This document shows, one piece after another, positions 13,607-27,329 of a DNA stretch of 64,000 bases. Source of the DNA: Acanthaster planci (Eukaryota); contig NW_019091360.1 in the NCBI RefSeq assembly GCF_001949145.1, positions 740,137 to 804,136 on the forward strand. Reading direction: 5' to 3'. A program made the position numbers and the translations under genes. The notes under the pieces were generated by a model. That model was not told where the DNA came from. It searched no databases and was given only the letters and a program-made list of their open reading frames with translations. Position 1 is the stretch's first letter. Each line of letters begins with the position of its first letter.

Positions 13607-13990
13607 GCCACATCATAAGAGCCATTCACGTACCTCCAGCACGCCTGAGCTGAGGACCACAGACCGTGTCAACAATTCATTGTTCCAAGAAAATTCCATC
13701 CATCGGTCACACTCAGAGAGACGAACCACTCCCAATGGGCCACAGGTGGTCAGCCCCAGGGGCGTGTTCGACTCACTGCGAGGGGGAGATGTGGCTCCAG
13801 AGAGACGTGATGATCGAGATAGGCGGGATGACAAGGAGAGAGATCGAGACAGGGAGATGACATACAGCAGAAGGAGAGATATACCTCCAGCATCCACTCT
13901 GCCTGTGTCATCATCCTCTACATCAAGAAATCGTTACCAAGATGAATCCCCTAATAGTAGTGCCAATTCCTTACCGCCAAATTCCAGAGG
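13607..13990 (+). CDS. LARP4: LARP4 exon, Arg/Asp/Ser-rich disordered region
   Basis: tacAG/GTATGC; within ORF 13596-14201; phase 2-2. Confidence 0.82.
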
Positions 13991-14966
13991 GTATGCTTTA
14001 TCTGAGACCGTAATCATGACATTAGTCAAAGTATATATACAGGTACAACTCGGTCATGGTTCATTCCCTTCAGGAGAAAAGGATAGTATGTTAAACAAAA
14101 CCTCCATAATTCAAAATGCCCTTGTAGTACCTCAGTTAAAACTCAGTAGTTTGTTCAGCAAATACAACAGAAACAGCTGCCAAAACAGGAAAAGACAGTA
14201 AACAGATAGTACAACATTTTTATGAGATATCACTTCCTAATACACCTTGTCTTTTCACATTCGGATATGGTGGATACGCTACCACTATGATCAGTCACAA
14301 TATCCAGCCTGTAACTGCCGTAGTTATAGTCTTTGCAATTTGCTGCTCACCCAAATGTGACCTGCAGACAGGCAGTGCAATATGCTGTGTCTGTTTTGGA
14401 ACCTTTAGTACAGCTTGCGTTCCTGGCTTTATGCCAATCGCAACAAAGTGCAGCAGAGTAAAACAGCAAGAAGTATAGATTTGCTGTCAGCATGGTGAGC
14501 GGTTTGGCTGGAGCAGACATGTTTAGAGAAGAACTGTTTAGAATCTGACAAAAAGGTTTTTACAGTCCACAAAGAGAAAGGAAAATGTGTCCATCCCCTC
14601 CAGGTATAGCAAGTTACAGTGAGTCAGACTGGAACTCAAAACTGAAACCTCGCTTAACTTGAACTCAGGATGTATCAGGTTTTTCCTCTATTACCTGAGA
14701 TTTAACTAGACAAGAGTTTATCTACTGGGTTCATGGAATACTTATTGTTTCCTGCTGGACAGAATTTCATATTTCTGACATGGATACAGGGATACCTGCA
14801 ACTACACCATTGTTGACATATTGTAGATTTCCCCATACACATCTATTTACTTTATATTGCAATAGCTGTATTCAACAACTGCATGTAGCTTTCATCATAC
14901 AGTACCTCAATTCTGTTAGCTTTTGGCTCAATTTGCTCTTAATGAAACCTGTGGAACTCATTGCAG

Positions 14967-15261
14967 GTCCCGTGTTGGTACCAGCTACCGTGATCGACGG
15001 CCTAGACGAAGGGAAGATGAGCTCCAAAATCGCCGAAATTCTCGGGATATTCGAGACTCACGAGACAAAGAGCAGCTTGCACAAACAGCAAAGGAACTGC
15101 CCAAGGCACCTTCACCACAGATAGACCTTGCCTCCTTCCCACCACTGCCTGGCCGAACGATGATAGAGAGTGAGGGTAGTGACAAGAAGGAAGAGGAAAC
15201 TAACAACAATGACCTAGTCACACCCATGGCTGACATTGTCAAGGGAGTGAAGGATCCTAAG
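14967..15261 (+). CDS. LARP4: LARP4 exon with conserved DLASFPPLPG and MADIVKG motifs
   Basis: ttgcAG/GTAAGA; motifs correspond to the vertebrate LARP4 FPPLPG...MSDVVKG region; phase 2-0. Confidence 0.9.
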
Positions 15262-15311
15262 GTAAGAGCAACCATCAGACCATGTCAAGTACAATGTATT
15301 GTGGTACGTAA

Positions 15312-15883
15312 CCACTTCATGCCGGGACATTTTTCAATGTTGATGATGCTGGGCCGGCATGACTATCATTTTTTCCGTTTTCAAAATCCTTCAAAAATTC
15401 ATCATGTCATTTAATGGTCGTTTATAGCCACACCAAGTAATCTTTAGGCACTACTCTAAGTTGCCAGGTGACCTTCATTGACGCTCGAGTATTTCAGCCA
15501 GGCCTGCAGCCTTGTAAACAGAGCCCAGATTGTGCGGTGTTGTATAACTTTCTTTTTGTTCACGAACCTGGCTCAGTGCACTGGTGACCTCTTTTCAATA
15601 GAGGCCAGATTAGCGTGCAGCAGCGCTGTGTGGCTCATCGCTGCGGTGGTGGAGCGCTTTTGTCCCCAGTGGTAATCCGCTCACTCTCAATGCCCCAAAC
15701 CCTGGTATACAGTTTCAAAACAAGGCTGAGAGTGAAAAATGTCAATAATGCCCAGCATCCTGGTCTTGTGTTCGGAGTACGGTCTTTTGTTACAGGGTCC
15801 TGTTTCCTTTGTCCGAGTTCAGAGACCCCGGCCACGCATATAAACCATGCATCTCTAATTTGAGAGTCCCTGGCAGGAAATGG
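15312..15883 (+). mobile_element. piggyBac-like non-autonomous element, copy 2
   Basis: High similarity to 8202-8739 along its length; degenerate TSDs (GTAA/ATAA). Confidence 0.85.
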
Positions 15884-16156
15884 ATAATAAACATGTGACT
15901 GTGTTGTCTCTCTGTGTATCAGGTGGCAAAAATTGACAGTTAATAGTTAACAACTGAACTCTTATTCTTTTTGATAGCTCAAAAGTCACATTGCATATGC
16001 AGCCAACTTGTATTGTACCATACATGAATACATGCCACGCCATACTGCTTTTGATGGAAGAGTACATGGACATCCCCACCTGTCACACTTTATAGCAACT
16101 TAGATCTTCATTATTTGGGTTGATGATTTACTGATGCTATGATTCCATGTTGACAG

Positions 16157-16296
16157 CGTGCTGCCAAATCTCAGGAACCATGTAAGCCAAACCATCCAGC
16201 AACGAAGGACAGTGCCACTAACACAAGTAGCACGGGTGACAGCAAAGAACAGCCACCGTCCACAGCAGCTGCTAAAACACCCACCTCATTGCCTAG
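16157..16296 (+). CDS. LARP4: LARP4 exon, Ser/Thr/Pro-rich (RAAKSQEPCKPNHPATKDSATNTSSTG...)
   Basis: gacAG/GTATTG; open frame; phase 0-2 bridges the flanking exons. Confidence 0.75.
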
Positions 16297-16954
16297 GTAT
16301 TGTTGTGTTCAGTTCTAATGGAGCCGTTGGCCTACAGCGGCCATCTAGGGGTTGTTGTAGTATACAAGCTATGAAGGCACAAAAGAATTGTGCATGTGTA
16401 TCTTATTGAACAAAAGTACATGGCCCTGGACAGCTGTTGTGCAAAGGATTTGTTTGGACAGGGAGAGAAGATAACTATTTGTATGAGTGGATATTTGTCA
16501 ACTCTATTTCTTCTGTTGGAGTTCATACTAAGAAGTACTTTACAAAAACTATAACTACTTTACATAATCTTTGACCAAAAAAGTGTTTGTAATTTTTTAC
16601 TGTGCAGTTGTAAATCTGCGTAAAAGCAGATCTGTGGTTGCTCAGTTGTCAGTGGCTAGAGCAATGGATGTTTGTATTAGCAAGCTGATGAAAAGCAATA
16701 CAAACAAGATTTTCTCATTGTTATCCGGCGTGTTTGACATAAATTCATTAGTGACCAATAGAGTTATACAAGAGACAAAAATAAAAACTGTGACCCAAGA
16801 CATGAATAAGCATTTACAAGTTAAGGTAAACCATCTTGAGATAAAAGGAAAGCTGGATGTAAATTGGCATAGTGGTAAAATAGGTTACAAATATGTCTTA
16901 ACATTTGTTATTACATGTTGTGTGATTGGCTGTTGTGTTCATATTGTCCGTTAG

Positions 16955-17246
16955 CAAACAGACACAAGTACCAGTTGCCACCCAGACTGACCTGGATCTG
17001 TCTCCCAGTCCTGAAGCTAAGTCAGGACCAGTCACCAGCCAACACCATGCCAAGGTTAGCCAGACTACCAGCACAGCTGTTAACACAACAGTGACTGCTC
17101 CAGTCTCTCCTGCTGCAGTAGTTGCCAGAACAACTCCCACAACAGGAAGCACACAGACAGTGAGCACAGGGAGTCAGACTACTGATTGTCAAACTTTACC
17201 ATCAATTAGTGCCTCATGCTCAGCCAGTACAACCACACAAGCAACT
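16955..17246 (+). CDS. LARP4: LARP4 exon, Thr-rich with TQT-like motifs
   Basis: gttAG/GTGAGT; within ORF 16926-17297; phase 2-0. Confidence 0.8.
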
Positions 17247-17624
17247 GTGAGTATGCTAGAGGGCAACAATCTCAAGGAGTTTAGTAAAGCTCATTGAGTA
17301 TCGTGTAGTCATTAGAGAGGAAAAGGCTTGGGATGGGGCTTCATAGTGCAGGAAAACATGGAGTTGTCTTAGAATTGTAAACAATTATGGCACACTTGAC
17401 TCTCCATGGGCAGTACTTGGGTGTTTGGCTTCATTTATTTAGATCTGGTGGGTAAATATGCCATGTTCAAAAAAACTACAATTTCTGGCCAAGAGTAATC
17501 CCATGTCCAGAGCTTTGTTCAAGGCAAAATAACCATATAGGAAATCTGTAAGCAACTTGGATGCTAATTGATATGGAAGTAGCGCTGGTCATGATGAATT
17601 GTTTATCCATTGTTCTTCATTCAG

Positions 17625-18008
17625 GACTCGGCAGTGCCACGTCTTAGCTACGCTGCAGTTACAGGAAAAAAAGCAGCTAAGACAACTGCAGCATCAACAT
17701 CCACTGCAACAGTGTCTCAAGCATCTACGTCGAGTACCACAGCTACTTGTAGTACTCCAACCACTCATTCCACTGAGTCCTCCATGCAACCAAGACAGAG
17801 CCAGCTACCACAGGCATCAACTTCATTGCAGACACATCCACAGGCAAACACATACACAGGGCCACCAAATAAGCCCTACATTCGGCCAAGGTATGGTATG
17901 CGTGGCAATGACAGAGAGCAGAACTTTGATCCCAGCTTCAAGTACAGGAGAGATTACTATACTGGTCGGAGGTCCCCACCACAACCTCGGTATATGAATA
18001 CGAAGTAA
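17625..18008 (+). CDS. LARP4: LARP4 last coding exon (DSAVPRLSYAAV...YMNTK*)
   Basis: ttcAG acceptor; LSYA motif conserved in LARP4 C-termini; TAA at 18006-18008. Confidence 0.88.
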   Translation, partial: DSAVPRLSYAAVTGKKAAKTTAASTSTATVSQASTSSTTATCSTPTTHSTESSMQPRQSQLPQASTSLQTHPQANTYTGPPNKPYIRPRYGMRGNDREQNFDPSFKYRRDYYTGRRSPPQPRYMNTK

Positions 18009-21000
18009 GGAACAAGCTGGCTGTTTACATGGGTTGCCTTTAGGATTTGTCATGTCAGTTGGAATCACAAGGATTGAGGTCAGACGATGGGGCTTATAAT
18101 TGCAGTTACTTTTCCTCAGGGTTATTGCTGTATCATTTACCTTGAAGCATTATCCATTGAATAGACGAGTCCTGTATCAGTAGCCAAGAACATTTGGATC
18201 AAGTGTCACCAAACGCAGTCTTGTTGTGACTGATTGGTGGATATCTGTATTGCAGCGGTGTACTTGTGTATCACATGAGGGGGGTAGTACAGGTTGTCAA
18301 TGGGACATCTCCATAGAACTTTGTCTTCAGCCCCAAAAGAGATTGCACTTTGTGCGAGACGCTCCCCCCCTTATGGCAAACAAATGGACAAAACTCAAAA
18401 GTTTTTTGAGTATCCATAAGATACATATGGTAGGAAAGCTGGAACAGGGGATGTGATCAAGTAAACATTGATTGCATGATGATGAATAGTGCTTCATTAT
18501 TGAGGTAGTAAAATACCAGTGTTTTGACTGAAAGTCCTTACGTGTTGGTACATAAGAAGATATGACTTATCAACATCTGTAGCCTCATTGGTGCTTCAGA
18601 ATTTTGAGTGTATCAGCAGTCTAGAAGATGTGAGAAGTCTACTTTGTATTTAAGTCTGTCACTTGAAACTATAAATCTCAACAAAGGGCAGCCTAACAAG
18701 TGGTGAGAGCTCTGAGTTTACACAATCAGTGTGTAAAACAGTAATAGCGTGCTGGGTTTGTTTCAACAAGTTAAATAAAATGACTACATGTACAGGTGTA
18801 CTTAAGAAAAGGAACTGTGAGTTGGAGTCAAAGACCAGTGTTATGCTGTAAATTTAATTTGATGATACAGAAAGATAAACAGATTGAGGTGCAAGAGATT
18901 TGGAGCTACGATAGTCTAACAAAGGCTGTAATTGTTGCTCCAGCATTGTCACAGCACGTTAGTGGCACAAAACATGCATGAAACATGTTTTAAAAACACT
19001 ACTGTTGCTCTCTAAGATCTCTGCCAGTACGAGTAAAGTTCAGTTTCCACAATACGCATGGTTTGTGTTGCAGCCAATAATTGGTTTGCCACTCTTTCCA
19101 AATAATAGCCAGGTTTTTTACATGTAGTCTACCCTGTTTTCGCACTTTGGAATGATACCAGAAACTGACTTGAAATGTCAAGTCCAGTGTGGATGCATGA
19201 TAAATAGCCTGTTTGCTATTTAGGTTGCCAAACACTTTCATCTGATGTTCTACCAGACGCTTCCTGTTTGCACTAACTTATCCCTACTGACCAAGCTTTA
19301 CTAATTTGACAATGGAGAACTCTGTCAAGTTGGCATACTTTTTCACAGCTGTTGGGTGAATGTGAACAGTTCCCAGAATTGCTCATTGTGTCAAAGTGCC
19401 CAAACAGAATTCACAACAATCAAGGTAAACTGTTGGACTACAGACATTCTTCTTGTTCTAACAAGTAGTTCCAGTGACCAAAACCTAAAGGGACAGGTGC
19501 TTTGGAATGTCAACTTGCCATTTCAGGTGCCATGTTGATTGTCGAATGTTGGTCAAGTCTTACATTTTTTCATTCGTAATGCTTCTGGTAGACCTCCATT
19601 TTGTAGATTTCACTATTGGTAAATTCTAATTTTATTTATCTTAATGGTGGTGATGTTCTGGGCGTATTTTAATAAAATATGGTAGTCAAGTATTTATGCC
19701 ATTTCTCCCATCTTCAGATGTGGTGGTTCTGAGTCTTCATTTGGCCTTGTTTTAGTTTTCGCATAAAGTTTACCCATTTTAAATGTTTGCTTAAGCCATT
19801 CTGCAAGTCAGTGTTATATGTATATAATTGTTCCTATTACCTAGTAATCCCTTATTGATTGATGTAGCTTAAGACTGAACCATCCAGTTGGGCAAATGGA
19901 TACTGGCGATTGAACATAAAGAAATTCAACAAAATATAGTGGTTTTTTTATTTGTACTCAAAAAAAAATTGTGGATTTAATATATTTTTGAAAAATGTTG
20001 ACATTGAACAGGGTGAAGATGTTTATAGTTCACCATTTCACCCTTGTCGCACATCTGGAACTGTACAGAGAAAATGTGAACTTCTCTGTGAGCAGTGCAA
20101 GGAGTTCCAACTCTCAGTCAGGTTCATTTCATATCATTTAGTCTGTATTTTTTGTTTTATTTCATTCGGTAGTGTCCAGTTTACACAGTGTATGGCATGT
20201 TCAAGAGAACAAATGAATGATTTTAGGTTGCATTGCGAGTCATGAAGTGGCTGGCTATCTGGGGAAGTGGTACAGTGCAGGGTAAGGGCAAACTGTCCTA
20301 GCTTTGCTGTGCTTTGCATTGGGACTATTGGACACAGAGGAGCAGTAACGGAAAGCAGTCAGAAAATGTGTCATGTCACATGATATTGTACAATTTGCAT
20401 TTATACACAAGGTGGGAAACCCATTCATAATAAAACCTGTTGACCTTTTCAAAGCAGGGTGGACACAGTAGAAGGGCACTCTTCAAAGTGGTTTAATTTG
20501 GAGTTAACTCAGAAGATTTTGACCCCAACCAAATACCACCCTCCTATTGTGTTGCCCTACCTCAAATAGGCTAATTCAGTTTGCAGAAGGTTATGGTCAT
20601 AACTTTCCTTTATACTAACAGTGGTATCACATAGGAACAAATAAGGACACAGTGGAAGGTATGCCTGCTCTCACTCTAACAGTCTACCAGCCACCATGAG
20701 TCACAAACTTGGACCCACATTGCCCTTCACCAGGGCATAGAGGTCATTGAAGCCTCCAGTGGCCATCATACTGTGCTGAATACAAAGCTTATACAAAGGC
20801 TCATTTGCCACTGTTAACCAAATTACTTTGTGGCATTAATAATTACAGTGGTTTCCAATGGCTTCTTTTGGTGCAAAAAATTGCGAGTCCAGATTTTGTA
20901 TATGTACATTTGTGGCATGGGTGTCGGGGGAAGAAGTTCTTGGCCCCTGCCAGAAAAAAATTGAAAGAGAAAAGAAGAGTAAATGGAAAAGAAACAGAGA

Positions 21001-22103
21001 GGAGGAAAGGGGATGAAAATGAACAGTGTGTGAAAATACGATGAATTGGCCCCATACTCTGCTGAGGGTTGGTCAGGTTACTACTGATAGTGATCACCTC
21101 CCCCCGCCCGCCCCGCCCCTTGCTGGTAACATCCAGTTAGACATACCATACACTTGCTACAGCATGCTGGGTACAGGTGTGCCATTTCTCAAGAAAGCAA
21201 TGGTTTTGTCACATCTCTTCTCTCTGCCCCTCAGCTTTGTCAACTGATCTGCAGTGATTGCTTCCCACACATATTTGTAAATGTAATGCGTGCATTACAA
21301 GCAGCAAGCTTTTCCTTTTGACACTAGTGTTGGTGCATTGTGGACTATTACAGGAGCCATTATGTGAGTGAAATAGTGCAGGGATAGTTGACATTGTCCA
21401 ATTAACAGACTAACACGGGAGAAGGGTTTTACATTACTTGCCTTTACTTTGGAATGTTTGAGGGCAGAATTACATGGATGATTGGTTGATTAATGGACTC
21501 TCTAGTATAAACCACTGAATTTCTAATCACACATATAAATCCTAGTGATTGACATGCCATGTTTGCACACGGGGTCATGGGTACAGATGCAGCAAAATAT
21601 GCTGAATTAATTTTCAGTTGGCTGTGTGTTTATAATGTCATTGTGTAATCATGTGCAGGTACACCATCTGAACCTTAGCATGTGGTGGAAATGACACTTG
21701 ACACGTAAGACTCCTCCAGCAGTGGTTTTCATTTTAACTCTGAGGGTATAGTTGGGTACGCTGTCCACAGTTTAGACCACCTAAGAGGATCAAACATTAC
21801 TTCACATGCTCCTTGGGAATTGATAAGACACAACCAGTTTTTCTGATCAGGGATGCTGGCCATAGGTGCATGAATGGGGTGCTGGTGCTATGGTAGGCCA
21901 TCACTATTAATCTAATAACAAGAGTTTGCTGTTGACACAGTCATGCAGAGACTCTGTAATAATACTTCATTTAGCTAAGCTGGAAAGTAATTTTTCATTT
22001 TTGGGAATCCTGCTTGAGCACACATTCCATTTCATTCAAACTTGTCCAAAGAAGTTCTGAGAAGATAGCTCTTCGTGTTTGTAAAACAGGAACCCAATCT
22101 TAA

Positions 22104-22686
22104 CCACTTCCTACCAGCTGGAATTTGCATAGGCGAGACTAGTTCTTGGATGATTTTCAAGATTTTCCATTTTTAAAATTCTTCAAAAATTCAGAACTTC
22201 ATTTACTGGACATTTACGCCCACACGAATGACTGTCTGGTGGCTACTTAAATCTGAGAGGCAACCTCCCGAGTATTGTAGCCAGGCCTGCCACCCAGTAA
22301 AGAGAGCCCAGATTGTGCGGTGTTACGTAATTTCCTTTGTTTCTCAAAATGGCCCAGTGCGTTGCTGAATGGCAGTGGTGTCTTTTCAAATGCAGCCAGA
22401 TTAGCGTGCAGCAGTACTGTATCACTCATCACTGGAGTACTTTGTCCCCACTGATAATCCACATGCACTGAATGCCGCAAACAGTGGTATACTGTTTCAA
22501 AACAATGACAAATTACCTTTGCTAATACCAACTGAAAAATGATGGCAATTCCCAGCAGCTCGGTCTTTTGTTCCGAGTATGGTCTTTTGTCACAAGGCCC
22601 GGTTCCTTTGTCCGATTTTGGGCACCCCCCCCGGCTATGTGTACAAACCCAAGGTACCCGATACCGGGAACCCTAGAGGCAAGTGT
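22104..22686 (+). mobile_element. piggyBac-like non-autonomous element, diverged copy 3
   Basis: TTAA-CCACTTC start, AAGTGT-TTAA end; shared blocks such as AGAGCCCAGATTGTGCGGTGTT and GCCAGATTAGCGTGCAG. Confidence 0.75.
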
Positions 22687-25600
22687 TTAAGAGACCTTGT
22701 TATGCAGTCACCTAGTGTGCTGTCCAGCGTTGAAATAACATCCCTGCTTGAAATTGTATGATTTGTATTTGAATTTAAGGGGAAAGTGTAATATCCTTGG
22801 TAGTGTTATTTATTTTCAAATAAACCACAGTCGTGGTCTTCCGTAACATTTCTGATAATACACAACCTGCAGAGGATTCATGAGTAGATAATGCCTAGGA
22901 GACTACTAAATCTGTGTAAATAATCCAGATATGAATGTTAAGGCTTTGAGTATGGTTTGCATGATCTAATGGAATTGGCCTAGTCTGTGTCTAGGATTCT
23001 CGTAAAAAGCTGCTACTTGGGCTAAGTTGTGCATGTGTTTTGGTTTTTCTTGTATGTCACACTTTGTTCAACATGACTGAAATGCAGTCCTACATATGTG
23101 TGAACCACAATTTTGTATGATATTATATGGTGCATTGTTACATTACTGCTTGGCTTGCACCTCTACCTGATGTAGCATAGCCAGGCCAGGAGTGAACACT
23201 TATGTGAAGATTAGTTGGTTCCAACAAAATGTTGCATTCAAATTCAGTGACATATTAGACCCGATAAGAAGACAATAGATATCTTGAAGAAACTGGTAAC
23301 AAAATAATATTGTTTATATGTTTCCATATTAAGGAATATTCAGAGCTAAATGTATGATATATATTTTTTGAACAGTGATTTGTGAATTTTGTGAATTTCT
23401 CTTTTCAAGTAAAGCTAACTTTCCTGTTAAGCATTGGTCATCTGCAGTTTGTTTGCTGGTATTACAAAGGTAAAGATGCTTGTTTTCACTTTCTTTTCTA
23501 TTTTGTGTGTTCTTGGGTGTGTGTATGATTGTTTGACTTGCCAGATTCACTGCTCAACAGGTTGATTTAGAATATCCACAGCTGTTTAACAGCCAACAGT
23601 TTAGAATTCTGATGATACCTTGTTTGTGTTCTATTTAAAGACACATGCATGACCCATGATAAACTATATGCAAGAGCTGAAGATGCTTGACCAAACCTGG
23701 GAAAGCTAAAAAGGGATTGAACAAAAAAAATGAGACGCCTTGAAATCTTCCTCTCCTTTTCTGGTACACATGGGTCTTTAAAGTTTGCCTAATTTACAGT
23801 TAGTAACAATTTTCACAAGAAAATGACTTCAAATTGCAGAGAAACTAAAGACCATTAATGGAAACCTGAAGGTGTAAGTGGTGGTCTGTAATTGACCGAT
23901 TGCACCTGAGCACTGCAGCGGTTTGCAAGGCATGTATGAGTGGTTAGGTAGGTTTTTGGTTTGTGGGTTTTTTCTTATTTCAAAGAAAAGGTCATAGGTT
24001 CGAGGAAAAATGAGGATAAATGAAAAAAAATTAAATGGATGGATTAGATCCATTTCTATTGAAAGTCATTGCAAAAGTGAATATGTTTTCGAATGATATG
24101 TAACTTGCACAGGCAAATTAATTCATCCTGCTGCAGCAGTAAGCAATTGCGAGACCTTAAAACATGGCTTTAACAACACTGACAAACAGTCATGAAAGAA
24201 TACTAAACATTGTACCTACTTCAGTTGATTGTTTAGCCCAAATAAGAATAAAACCACCAATGTGCATTCATGTACTAATCCAGTACTACCATGGATGGAA
24301 TGTGTGGTAACCGTTTGCTGATCTGATCCTTGTGGGAAGGTCTAGATGTGGCCTTTTGGAGTATCTGGACTAAACTCATAGAGCTATAATTAGACACTGG
24401 CTCCTCCTATCCGCTCATAGAATGCATTGAAGACATCATGGCAGCAGATATTTGAGATTTTCATGCTCTAGAACATGCTTCAATGAGAAGAAATAAAAAC
24501 ATCTAGATATGTAATACCAAAGTGAAATGCTGATGAAACCAACCGGATACAAAGTTGCATAGGAATCTTAATTGTACACACACGTATGTGTTTGCCTAGA
24601 GCAAACTGTGCATTCACACCAGTATCACTGCATCAATCAGGCTGGTCTCTGTACAGGCAGTTAGAGCTCTAGTTAAGTAATTCTGTATCTCAAGCCTGTC
24701 TGTTTTAAGTGATATGTTACTGCCTTGTTTTTTCTGGCTTCACTCACTTTTGGGGTTGGATTTTATTTGGCTCCAGCATGACGCTGCAGTAGAGGCAAGA
24801 AGTTGAGAACCAAATCTAGAAAAGCTTTGGTAGTTTTGCTTTTACTTTTATTGTTGTGGTCATAGTGTTGAGAAGAAATGTAACTTTAACTAAAATACAA
24901 AATGAAATGTAACCAAAAAAAGGCAAAAAGCAAAAAACAGATTAAAAATGAGCCAAAAAAATCTCAAGTACCCTCTGTGTAAGTTGGTGCTGTGAATGCA
25001 ATGCTGATGGCACATATTTTCATTGAAAAATGCCTTTCAGTTTTCACAAAGTTGTTTAAATCAATTATATTTACATTTATTTTACGGTCATTTAAAAAAT
25101 GCTTAATTCATTCTAATGTTATAAAGAAAATATGATTCAGTCTAAAAGTTTGTTGTTGCTGAAGCTGGAGTTATGTCAAGCGAAATTTTGGAAATCAACT
25201 TTGAATTATCAACCATTTCATTAATTTTCATGATGGAGAAATGTGATGAAATCGAACATTTGCTAAACAAAATGGACTTATGCAGTAAAAGATTTTTAAT
25301 GGAAGTGTTCATCATCAGATTAGACAGTGTCATTTGATAACGGTAAAAAATAATTACATTTACATAAATAATGTAAAAGAAACAGAAGGGTTTTGAAAAC
25401 AATTGTAAAACCATTCATTTAGTTGTCTGTGCAACAAAGATGCAGAAATGGACAATCAACTAGATAGATGAATGTCATCCGTCATTGGTCAAGTGCTTCA
25501 TCTCATTAAGGGTCCTTGTCAATGCTATAGCAGTGCTATTGCACATATGTATTAGTCACGGATCAGGCGTTATTCTATTGGTACTGGATGGATCTCAGTT

Positions 25601-27329
25601 ACTCTGGCCTAAGCTGTCAAGCACGACTGATGAGTTCTCATTTTCTAGTCATTCCAATTTGTACCCACCTTCAAACCTTCACCATCACACATGGTATTAT
25701 TTTGGTGGATTTGCTACAAGGCTGTTTGGACATAATTTTACTTTGAGCATGTGATAAGTTTCTGAAGATTAGGGAATGCAGTCCTTTTTGTCCAGACTTT
25801 TCACCTCTGTCTTTGAAATCTAAGTTGCTTTTCATCATGAAACAAAAATGATACCAAACAGACTTTATTGTAATTTGATTTAAACTACTTTGTGAAATAA
25901 GTAAATTACTTGCAAAATAAGTTTACAGTTGAGTAAACTACTAGCTAATTTAAAAAAGTCATCCCGCCTGTTATGTTTTTAACTTCTGAAGAAAAGTATT
26001 ATATATACATATATATATATTTTGTGGGGTTTTCTTGGTTGGGTATGGTTTGAACAAATTGCAAGCGCTACTAATGTAGTATTACTTGAACTTTGCAAAT
26101 TAATAATTGTACATTAAATGTTATTGTTACTCCTTCAAGGGCTGTATGGTAACAAACGAAGCTTATGATTGTGTGAAATGATTTATTCTGTCCTGTGGTA
26201 AAAAAAAATTAAATAAAAAGTTCTGGTCTTTCTGCTTAACTTGTGGTCTACCCTGTGGTCAAGTTATTGAAGCACCAGTGTACCTTATGGGCTCTGGCAC
26301 TCACTGGAGTTTTTTTTTTTTAGGATTATGTTGACATTGCAATCACACAATTAGGATCCTTGATTAGTGTGTACCACATTTATCCCCATTTTGACGGGTG
26401 CCTGGGGCAGTTTTTCACAGTTAAATGGAGCAAATGGTTTCATTACACCTTTCTACCAGGCAGCAGACACATTTAGCAGAGGGAAGCTGTTTGGTAACCA
26501 CTGTCATGTTTACTGGTGCTTTTCATGTTCATGGACTCACCATGCTCCAACAATTACCTTTGACTCACACAGTGAAGGTTTGATTAGTTTGGCCGATTTC
26601 TTGCTCATGATGGGAGAGGGAGGCCAGCTGTTTATGTCATTCAGGTGCAGGCACGGGTAGCAATGTTGTAGTACAATTTCAGAAGCATTTTGTATGGTTT
26701 ATCACAGGGTGCGTCAGGGAGTCTCACAAGTATAATATCCGTTTGTATGCCATATTCAGAAATTAACGTTAATGTATATTGTACGCTAAAGGGCATCAAA
26801 CTTTGGGGATGAAAAAATGTAAATTTTGAAGTAGCCACCATCAGTATTGGTCCGTGTTAAATTTGAAATGACACATGAATATTATAACAAACGCCTCCAC
26901 TGAGCTATTGTGTGAGTGGAACTTGTAACTTCTCTCTTCAAAAAGTGTAACAGAACGTGGTATTGGCTTGAAGAGTGTAAGAACTTGTGCCCTGTTGCTG
27001 TGTGGAGGAAGCAAGATGCTGCCTGCCTGGTACAGTGATTGCAGTCAGTTGATTCACTGCCAGCGTTAATTGAGGCTATGGGCATGAGGGATTTCTACCC
27101 CATCTTCTCTGCACAAACCTGTCAGTCCCTTGGTGTGATCACACCTTAAGATTCTCACTTTACAGTTGTACAAGTTGAATACCACACTTGCTGATCACCA
27201 ATGCTTGGTAAGTGGGTATCCTCCAGCGGTGAAAACCTACATTAACATGTACATGTATATTCAAAGGAAGAAGTCTTCAGCCATTTGAGATAATGAAATC
27301 TTCTGCAGCACTGGTTTCAACCATGGGAG

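Noticed and set aside
24528..24560. CTGATGA hammerhead-like cores here and at ~52068 and ~54758
   Set aside because: No correctly placed stem II plus GAAA
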